Assembly (NCBI GenBank): GCA_963575745.1
Contig: CAUYUJ010000297.1
Span: forward strand, 62,001-115,699
DNA: 53,699 nt
Direction of reading: 5' to 3'
Source of the DNA: Prorocentrum cordatum
Lineage: Eukaryota
Shown in pieces: positions 44,932 through 53,699 of this stretch. The notes under the pieces are model-generated. The model saw only the letters and a list, made by a program, of their open reading frames with translations. It did not search any database and was not told where the DNA came from. The position numbers were made by a program, and so were the translations under genes. Numbering within the stretch: the stretch's first letter is position 1; each line of letters opens with the position of its first letter.

Positions 44932-47008
44932 TTTCCCAACCCTCCTGCGTTGGGTTCTCGTTTTGAATAGAGCACTGCTCGCGCGAACCTTCCTTCCTTC
45001 CTTCCTTCCCGTCCCTCTCTTCCCCCCTGCCTTTGACCTCGCTCGTCGCTGCGTGCCAGCTGGGGGGCTGCGATCTGTGAAACTGTCGCCACTTTCGAGG
45101 GCTGCTGGGGGGCCCAGCACAGTGGGCACCCACGGCGGATTCAAATGGGACCTCGCCATCCCTGGGGGGCTGCGATCTGTGAAACTGTCGCCACTTTCGA
45201 GGGCTGCTGGGGGGCCCAGCACAGTGGGTACCCACGGCGGATTCAAATGGGACCTCGCCATCCCTGGGGGGCTGCGATCTGTGAAACTGTCGCCACTTTC
45301 GAGGCTGCTGGGGGGCCCAGCACAGTGGGTACCCACGGCGGATTCAAAGGGACCTCGCCATCCCTGGGGGGCTGCGATCTGTGAAACTGTCGCCACTTTC
45401 GAGGGCTGCTGGGGGGCCCAGCACAGTGGCACACGGGGATCAAATTAGACCTCGCCATCCCTGGGGGGCTGCGATCTGTGAAACTGTCGCCACTTTCGAG
45501 GGCTGCTGGGGGGCCCAGCACAGTGGGTACCCACGGCGGATTCAAATGGGACCTCGCCATCCCTGGGGGGCTGCGATCTGTGAAACTGTCGCCACTTTCG
45601 AGGCTGCTGGGGGGCCCAGCACAGTGGGTACCCACGGCGGATTCAAATGGGACCTCGCCATCCCTGGGGGGCTGCGATCTGTGAAACTGTCGCCACTTTC
45701 GAGGCCTGCTGGGGGGCCCAGCACAGTGACCCACGGCGGATTCAAATGGGACCTCGCCATCCCTGGGGGGCTGCGATCTGTGAAACTGTCGCCACTTTCG
45801 AGGGCTGCTGGGGGCCCAGCGCAGTGGGTACCCACGCGGATTCAAATGGGACCTCGCCATCCCTGGGGGGCTGCGATCTGTGAAACTGTCGCCACTTTCG
45901 AGGCCTGCTGGGGGGCCCAGCACAGTGACGCCACGGGCGGATTCAAATGGACCTCGCCATCCCTGGGGGGCTGCGATCTGTGAAACTGTCGCCACTTTCG
46001 AGGCCTGCTGGGGGGCCCAGCACAGTGGTGCCCCGGCGGATTCAAATGGGACCTGGGGGCTGCGATCAACTGTCGCCACTTTCGAGGGCTGCTGGGGGGC
46101 CCAGCACCACGGCGGATTCAAATGGGACCTCGCCATCCCTGGGGGGCTGCGATCTGTGAAACTGTCGCCACTTTCGAGGGCTGCTGGGGGGGCCAGCACA
46201 GTGGGCACTCACGGCGGATTCAAATGGGACCTCGCCATCCCTGGGGGGCTGCGATCTGTGAAACTGTCGCGACTTTCTTACTCAAATGGGACCTCGCCAT
46301 CCCTGGGGGGCTGCGATCTGTGAATCTGTCGCCACTTTCGAGGGCTGCTGAGGGGCCCAGCACAGTGGGTACTCACCGCAGACTCAAATGTGACCTCGCC
46401 ATCCCTGGGGGGCTGCGATCTGTGAAACTGTCGCCACTTTCGAGGGCTGCTGAGGGGCCCAGCACAGTGGGCATTCACCGCAGACTCAAATGTGACCTCG
46501 CCATCCCTGGGGGGCTGCGATCTGTGAAACTGTCGCCACTTTCGGGGGCTGCTGAAATGGCCCAGCACAGTGGGTACTCACCGCAGACTCAGATTAGACC
46601 TCGCCATCCCTGGGGGGCTGCGATCTGTGAATCTGTCGCCACTTTCGAGGGCTGCTGAGGGGCCCAGCACAGTGGGTACTCACCGCAGACTCATATTAGA
46701 CCTCGCCATCCTTGGGGGGCTGCGATCTGTGAAAGTGTCGCCAGTTTCGAGGGCTGCTGAGGGGCCCAGCACAGTGGGCTTCCCGCACGTCTTTCTCCTG
46801 CTCTTCGTTCCCGACTGCCCATGTCTTTTTCGAGCCTGTAGTTGTCGCCCTTCGTTCTTGTATGGTTCTCCTGCGCATCATGCCATTGGCGCGTGTCCCA
46901 AGTAGCTTACATATCAAACAACGGATCCTGCAATTTGATGGTCCGTGCAAGTGTCGGCCATTTCCTCGTTTCCCATGATACACATGGGTTGGGTACGTCA
47001 CAGGGTAA
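44932..47008 (+). mobile_element. Helentron-like element, family B2 copy 1, carrying a 102-bp satellite (about 45059-46778)
   Basis: 5' end TTTCCCAAC-loop-GTTGGG-TTCTCGTTTTGAATAGAGCACTGC; 3' end CCATGATA...GGGTTGGGTACGTCACAGGGTAATT; repeat period 102 (45061 vs 45163). Confidence 0.75.
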
Positions 47009-47099
47009 TTTCGAAGCTCCTAGTTTTGTTCCATGCCTTGCGGTCATCGCGCGAATGATGCTCGAAAACCTAATTGAACAAATTATCACGGCGATAACG

Positions 47100-47700
47100 T
47101 TGAACTGGTGGTCGTGCTGGTGGTTGCGCTGGGGGGCTGTGCTGTGCGGTTGTGCTGGGTGGTCATGCTGGGGGGCGCTGTTGAGGGATTATGCTGAGGA
47201 GTTGTGCGGTGGGGCTGTGCTAGGGGTGGTTGCTTGGGGAGTTGTGCTGGGGGGGGTGCTGGGGGGTTGTGCTGGGGTTGTCCTGGGGGGTCGTGCTGGG
47301 GGGTTATGGAGGAGGGGTTCTGCCAGCGGGTTCTGCCGGGGGGTTGTGATGGGGTGTCGTGCTGGGGGGTCTTGCTGGGAGGTTGTGCTGAGAGATTGTG
47401 CTCGGGGGTTGTCCTCGGTGGTTGCGCTGGGGGGTTTGTGCTGGGAGGTTGTGCTGGGGGGTTGTGTTGGGGGGTCGTGCTGGGGGGTTGTCTTGGGGTA
47501 TTGTGCTGGGGGGGGGGTGCTGGAAGAATTGTGCTGCAGGGTTGTGCTGCGTCGTTGTGCTTGAGGGTTGTTCTGGGGGATTGTGCTGTGGGGTTGTGCT
47601 GAGGGGTTGCGCTGGGGGGTTGTGCCGGGGGTGGCGCTGGAGGGTTGTGCTGGGGGGTTGTGTTGGGGGGTCGTGCTGGCGGTTGTGCTGGGGGGTTGTT
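47100..47700. repeat. Degenerate (GGGGGTTGTGCT)n minisatellite
   Basis: Direct inspection. Confidence 0.9.
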
Positions 47701-48540
47701 CCCGAGCTCACGGGGGCGCCGTGTCAAACGGGGCGCCGTGTCAAAAGTTTTGGGGCTCCCAAGGCCAAAAGCCCAAGATTTTTGACGTGGCGGCCCCCCG
47801 AGCCTACGGGGGCGCCGTGTCCAAAAAACCAGGGATTCCCAGAGCCAGCGCCCCAAGATCTTTGACGTGGCGGCCCCCGGAGCCCCAAAATCCGGGGGTT
47901 CGCAAAGCGAGAACCCTAAGATTTTTGACGCGGCGCTCCCCCGAGCCCACGGGGGCGCCGTCTCAAAAATCTCGAGTTTCCTACTGCCAGAACCCTATGA
48001 TTTTTGACGTGGCGCCCCCCCGAGTCTACGGGGGCGCCGTGTCAAAAGTTCTCGGGTTCCCAAAGCCCAGACCCCAGGATTTTCTTCGTGGCGGCCCCCC
48101 GAGCCCACAGGGGCGCCGTGTCAAAAATCTTGGGGCTCCCAAGGCCAATGCCCCAGGATTTTTGACGTGGCGGCCCCCGAGCCCACGGGGGCGCCGTGTG
48201 ACAAATTCTGGGGTTCCCAAAGCTCAAACCCTAAGATTTTTGACGTGGTGGCCCCCCGAGCCCACCTGTAACAAAAATCTTTGGGGATCCCAGAGCCAAG
48301 CTCCAAAGATTTTTGACGTGGCGGCCCCCCGAGCCCATGGGGGCGCCGTGCCAAACATCGGGGGGGTCTCAAAGCAAAAGCCCCAAGATTTCTGACGTGG
48401 CGCCCCCCCGAGCCCACGGGGGCGCCGTGCCAAACATCAGAACCCCTATGATTTTGACGTGGCGGCCCCCCGAGTCCACGGGGGCGCCGTGTCGAAAATC
48501 GTCGGGTCCCCAGAACCCAAACCCAAGGATTTTTCACGCG
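47701..48540. repeat. ~77-bp tandem repeat, each unit with a GTCAAAAATCTTGGG...CCCAAGATTTTTGAC hairpin
   Basis: GGGGGCGCCGTGTC recurs about every 77 bp; the clearest stem is at 48120-48166. Confidence 0.9.
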
Positions 48541-48545
48541 ACGGC

Positions 48546-48939
48546 CCACGTCAATATTGGCCGCGCTAGAAATATTGAATTGCACAAAGTTGCAGTTTTG
48601 CCAGAATTGCTGTGCACGAATGGAACGTTGTGGCTGCTGCAGGCAGATAGAGAACGTTTGGACAGCTTTCGCACGTAATGATTAAGACGAGTTAAATGAA
48701 TTTCTTGCGTATGTGTTTCTCGAGTGCCGAACAGAGAGATGGTGAAGCGAGCAAGGGAGCACACATTGAGTTCCGCACTTGATGGGCGCCAAGCGGCGCT
48801 GTACAAGAAAATCGCAGCGCTCCCCGGAGACGACCCCCGAAGACTTTCAACGTGCCAGCCTGGCACGGACACGCCCCGGAAATGGGCGCACCGACGACGC
48901 AGGGGGAGGCCGAGCTTTTTCTGGAGCGTTGACTCGTAG
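48546..48939 (+). pseudogene. C-terminal fragment of an RTE-like non-LTR reverse transcriptase ORF with in-frame stops
   Basis: One frame reads VLPELL..TLWL..RLDSF.**LRRV*I...SRVPNREM.KRA...LS..L..RQ..LY..IA...RRRGRP...W, matching the RTE-type thumb/C-terminal pattern ending in RxxGRPxxxW. Confidence 0.7.
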
Positions 48940-49752
48940 TGTGGCCTTTCTGTTCCCCCTCATCCTCCTCTCCCCCCCCGCCTGGTCTTTCCCTCCTTCC
49001 GCAGAGCGGCGCCACTCGCTCCAACAACTCTTTTGGTCCGCCAGTGCGCCGCTGACCGCTTGACGCGCCAGGGCGGCGCGCCTGCCCGGACACCTTGCTG
49101 CAGACGCTTCGTGGCGGGCGCTCTCTGGCCATCCCGCTGGGTAAGCGACATGCTGCAAGATTTTGTGCTTTGTATCTGGGTAGTCTAAGGCCAGACCGTC
49201 AGATTGGATTGGGCCCCAAGGGCCAATCTGGCCCGGCCAAACTGGATGATTTGCGTTATTCGCCAGACTGGATTCGCGTTGGCTCCCTCGCCAGATTGCC
49301 CCCGTTTGCCAGATTGGGCCTGCCAGATTGGCGCCAGATCGGCTTCGACTACCCAGGCTGGGGAAGCGATATGCTGCAAGATCTTGTGCTGTATGTCCGG
49401 GTCAGGCGTGCGTCTCCAACAGAGGCACACCGTATTTCCCCAATCGGTGCTTGCACTGCTTGGGGTCCCAGCGGAAGTTGGCAGATTCGGCGGGAGTTTC
49501 CCGCCGATTCTGGTAGCAGGCTGGGTTCCCGGGATCCCGGTTCCGGGTTCCCGGGTTCCCGGTTACTGATTCCGGGCCGATTTCGGTGGGTTTTGGGTTC
49601 CTGGGCTCCTGGGTTCCCGGTCGATCTCCTCAGAGAAAACCATCCACTGATTGGGGTTTTCTCCGGTGTAATTGTATATCCCTATGCGTCCCATTGAAAT
49701 CCTGGTTACAGCGCAGCCGGGTAGAGGTCCTGGGGGTATAGCGGTATCGGTA

Positions 49753-52700
49753 TTTCCCAACTCTCCTGCGTTGGGTACTCGTTTTGAATAGAGCACTGCG
49801 GTCGCGTCTCCCCTCCTCCTCCCCGTCCCCCTCCTCTCCTCCCTTCTCCTCCTCCTCCTCTTTTCTCTTGCATCCCTTCTCCTCTCTTCGGTCCTCCTCT
49901 TCTCTCTTGCCTTTTACGTCGCTTGCCCCTCGCCATCCCTGGGGGGCTGCGATCTGTGAAACTGTCGCCACTTTCGAGGGCTGCTGGGGGGTTCAGCGGA
50001 GTTGTGACGTCTTACGGGGACTCCCGATTAGACCTCGCCATCCCTGGGGGGCTGCGATCTGTGAAACTGTCGCCACTTTCGAGGTCTGCTGGGGGGCCCA
50101 GCGGAGTGACGTCTTACGGGGACTCAGATTAGACCTCGCCATCCCTGGGAGGCTGCGATCTGTGAAACTGTCGCCACTTTCGAGGGCTGCTGGGGGGGCC
50201 AGCACAGTGACGTCTTACGGGGACTCAGATTAGACCTCGCCATCGCTGGGGGGCTGCGATCCGTGAAACTGTCGCCACTTTCGAGGGCTGCTGGGGGGGG
50301 GCAGCGGAGTGACGTCTTACGGGGACTCAGATTAGACATCGCCATCCCTGGGGGGCTGCGATCCGTGAAACTGTCGCCACTTTCGAGGGCTGCTGGGGGG
50401 GCCAGCACAGTCTGCACCCGCGGCGGATTCAAATGGGACCTCGCCATCCCTGGGGGGCTGCGATCTGTGAAACTGTCGCCACTTTCGAGGCCTGCTGAGG
50501 GGCCCAGCACAGTGTGCATCCGCGGCGGATTCAAATGGGACCTCGCCATCCCTGGGGGGCTGCGATCTGTGAAACTGTCTCCACTTTCGAGGGCTGCTGA
50601 GGGGCACAGCACAGTGGGTGCCCACCGCAGACTCAAATTAGACCTCGCCATCCCTGGGGGGCTGCGATCTGTGAAACTGTCGCCACTTTCGAGGGCTGCT
50701 GGGGGGCCCAGCACAGTGGGTACCCACGGCGGACTCAAATGGGACCTCGCCATCCCTGGGGGGCTGCGATCTGTGAAACTGTCGCCACTTTCGCGGCCTG
50801 CTGGGGGGGCCCAGCACAGTGGGTACCCACGGCGGACTCAAATGGGACCTCGCCATCCCTGGGGGGCTGCGATCTGTGAAACTGTCGCCACTTTCGAGGC
50901 CTGCTGGGGGGCCCAGCACAGTGGGTACACACGGCGGACTCAAATGGGACCTCGCCATCCCTGGGGGGCTGCGATCTGTGAAACTGTCGCCACTTTCGCG
51001 GCCTGCTGGGGGGCCCAGCACAGTGGGTACCCACGGCGGACTCAAAGGGGACCTCGCCATCCCTGGGGGGCTGCGATCTGTGAAACTGTCGCCACTTTCG
51101 AGGCCTGCTGGGGGGCCCAGCACAGTGGGTACTCACCGCAGATTCAAATTAGACCTCGCCATCCCGGGGGGGCTGCGATCTGTGAAACTGTCGCCACTTT
51201 CGAGGCCTGCTGGGGGGCCCAGCACAGTGGGTACTCACGGCAGACTCAAATGGGACCTCGCCATCCATGGGGGGCTGCGATCTGTGAAACTGTCGCCACT
51301 TTCGAGGCCTGCTGGGGGGCCCAGCACAGTGGGTACACACCGCGGACTCAAATGGGACCTCGCCATCCCTGGGGGGCTGCGATCTGTGAAACTGTCGCCA
51401 CTTTCGAGGCCTGCTGGGGGGGCCAGCACAGTGGGTACACACGGCGGACTCAAATGGGACCTCGCCATCCCCGGGGGGCTGCGATCTGTGAAACTGTCGC
51501 CACTTTCGAGGGCTGCTGGGGTGCCCAGCACAGTGTGTACCCACGGCGGACTCAAATGGGACCTCGCCATCCCTGGGGGGCTGCGATCTGTGAAACTGTC
51601 GCCACTTTCGAGGGCTGCTGGCGGGCCCAGCACAGTGGGTACACACGGCGGACTCAAATGAGACCTCGCCATCCCCGGGGGGCTGCGATATGTGAAACTG
51701 TGGACACGTTGGAGGGATGCTGGGGGGCAAAGCACAGTGGGTACACACAGCGGGCTCAAATTAGACCTCGCCATCCCTGGGGGGCTGCGATCTGTGAAAC
51801 TGTCGCCACTTTCGAGGCCTGCTGGGGGCCCAGCACAGTGACGCCACGCGCGGACCCAAATTAGACCTCGCCTTCCCTGGGGGGCTGCGATCTGTGAAAC
51901 TGTCGCCACTTTCGAGGCCTGCTTGGGGGCCCAGCACAGTGACGCCACGCGCGGACCCAAATTAGACCTCGCCATCCCTGGGGGGCTGTGATCTGTGAAA
52001 CTGTCGCCACTTTCGAGGCCTGCTGGGGGGCCCAGCACAGTGGGCTTCCCGCACGTCTTTCTCCTGCTCTTCGTTCCCGACTCCCCATGTCCTCTTCGAG
52101 CCTGTAGTTGTCGCCCCTCGTTCTTGTATGGTTCTCCTGCGCATCATGCCATAGGCGCGTGTCCCAAGTAGCTTACATATCAAACAACGATCTGCAATAG
52201 CTCGTAGAGCTTCCCTTAGTAGTGCTGGAAGCTTAAGAGTAATTCGAACCGCTGGAGAGATAGTTGGCAAGAAAAATCTCGACTGACCTTTTGCTGACTT
52301 TTGGTCGGTTGAAAATGTTGTTCTCGAAATTTGAACATTCGTTAGAGCTCTAGTATTTTTTCCCGTGATATTTGATCTTATTCCCGCTCGCCGTCTTGAT
52401 CTCACATCGATCGGGTAGATATTACTTTTCCCCCCCCCCCCCCCCAAAAAGCGCGCGGGCGGGATCGCCGTTTCGAGTTATCCTTGGACGGGCGTGTCGG
52501 TTTTTGTATTTCAAAACTCGAGCTGGAGGACAAGCTACAGAGCTGATGCCTACAGAAATTCTCTCGACTCATCAGGCGCGTCCGCCTGTCGATCAGAGGT
52601 CTGAACTCGGTCTGCTACTCGAGCTAGGTCCGCGAACCTATTCGTATTATTCGAGTCATCTTGACAGGTGCTGTCGGTTTTCTGGACTTAACTCGAGCTG

Positions 52701-53373
52701 TAGGACAGCTACAGAGCTGATACTTACAGAGACCCATTCAAAATCATCAGGCGCGTTCATCTGTTGCATCTAGAGGTCTGAACTCGGTCTGCTACTCGAG
52801 CTAGGTCCGCGAACCTATTCGTATTATTCGAGTCATCTTGACAGGTGCTGTCGGTTTTCTGGACTTAACTCGAGCTGTAGGACAGCTACAGAGCTGATGC
52901 TTACAGAAACCCATTCAAAATCATCAGGCGCGTTCATCTGTTGCATCTAGAGGTCTGAGCTCGGTCTTCTACTCGAGCTAGGTCCGCGAATCTATTCCTA
53001 ATATTTGAGTCATCTTGACAAATGCTGTCGGTTTTCTGTACTTAACTCGAAATGTAGGAGAGCTACATAGCTCGTACGCACATCAATCGATTCAGCATCA
53101 TCAGGCGCGTGCGTCTGTTGCATCTAGAGCTCTAGGGAATAGGGAAATATATTTAGAAACATGATGTCAGTCTGCTATCAGCGCTGAGGCTGAAAAACTA
53201 ATTGTTCCCTGCAAATTCTTTGGACATAATATATGGCTAGGAAGCTCTACGAGTCTCCCGGCGGTAAGAAAGATTGACGGTTTACCGCCGGCGCCCAGTT
53301 TGATTGTCCATGCAAGTTTCGGCCAATTCTTCGTTTCCCATGATACAGATGGGTTGGGTACGTCACAGGGTAA
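49753..53373 (+). mobile_element. Family B2 copy 2 (102-bp satellite at about 49928-52043) with a nested insertion at 52198-53298
   Basis: Same head, same ~150-bp post-array segment (52044-52197 vs 46777-46933) and same tail as copy 1. Confidence 0.75.
52198..53298 (+). mobile_element. Helentron/Helitron2-like element, family C, with ~177-bp internal tandem repeats (about 3.5 units, 52517-53130)
   Basis: Perfect 14-bp asymmetric inverted repeat CTCGTAGAGCTTCC (52201-52214) / GGAAGCTCTACGAG (53240-53253), then a 10-bp stem CCGGCGGTAA/TTACCGCCGG (53258-53291). Inserted in a T run with no target duplication relative to the empty site GCAATTTGAT in B2 copy 1. Confidence 0.85.
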
Positions 53374-53543
53374 TTTTCGGGTCTCCTCAAGATGCGACCA
53401 CCGCCGCCGCCGCCTGCGCGGATCCTTCGTGCCCCAGCCAAGGGGCGAGGGGTTCTTGAGGCCCTTCGGCGTTGTCGCCGCGCTAGCAACTTTTGATTTG
53501 CACGGGGTGCTTGGCGTGGATGTCGTGGTGTGGGTAATAAGTT

Positions 53544-53699
53544 TTTCCCAGCCCTCCTGCGTTGGGTTCTCGTTTTGAATAGAGCACTGCTCGCGCGTCT
53601 CCTTCCCACGCACGTCTCCTTCCCACCCCCTCCCGTCCCTCTCTTCCCCCTGCGATCTGTGAAACTGTCGCCACTTTCGAGGGCTGCTGAGGGGCCAGC
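53544..53699 (+). mobile_element. Family B2 copy 3 (5' end only; runs off the window)
   Basis: TTTCCCAGCCCTCCTGCGTTGGGTTCTCGTTTTGAATAGAGCACTGC head followed by the first 102-bp unit. Confidence 0.75.

Noticed and set aside
50263..51864. 533-aa ORF and similar long ORFs at 21781-23244 and 45243-46208
   Set aside because: They are translations of 102-bp or 90-bp satellites that are open in several frames on both strands, with indels switching frame freely.
1..53699. tRNA, rRNA or snRNA genes
   Set aside because: No recognisable cloverleaf or conserved rRNA motifs by eye; tRNAscan-SE or Infernal would be needed to exclude them.

Overview
GC-rich, repeat-saturated eukaryotic DNA that looks like a dinoflagellate nuclear genome: short GC3-rich exons, AG|GC, AG|GA and AG|GT donors, and vast microsatellites. 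The taxon is my inference. Real coding content is small. (1) A 4-5 exon + strand gene (15434-24056, about 527 aa if all exons join) encodes a YfaP/DUF2135-like domain, an FVQSTSxNR-motif domain, an ankyrin repeat and a BRCT domain. Three of its four predicted junctions lack canonical splice sites, and intron 1 is exactly a TIR MITE plus its 5-bp target duplication. (2) Five scattered phase-0 exons encode a coiled-coil protein, one exon in two copies; they flank gene 1 on the same strand. The rest is decayed non-LTR retrotransposons (APE-RT-RNase H and RTE-like), several MITEs, and at least seven non-autonomous Helentron/Helitron2-like elements. These have asymmetric inverted repeats and each carries an internal satellite (42, 73, 90, 102 or about 177 bp units). 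Most long ORFs in the supplied track are artefacts of microsatellites or of satellites whose unit length is a multiple of 3. All alignments were done by eye; no searches were run.
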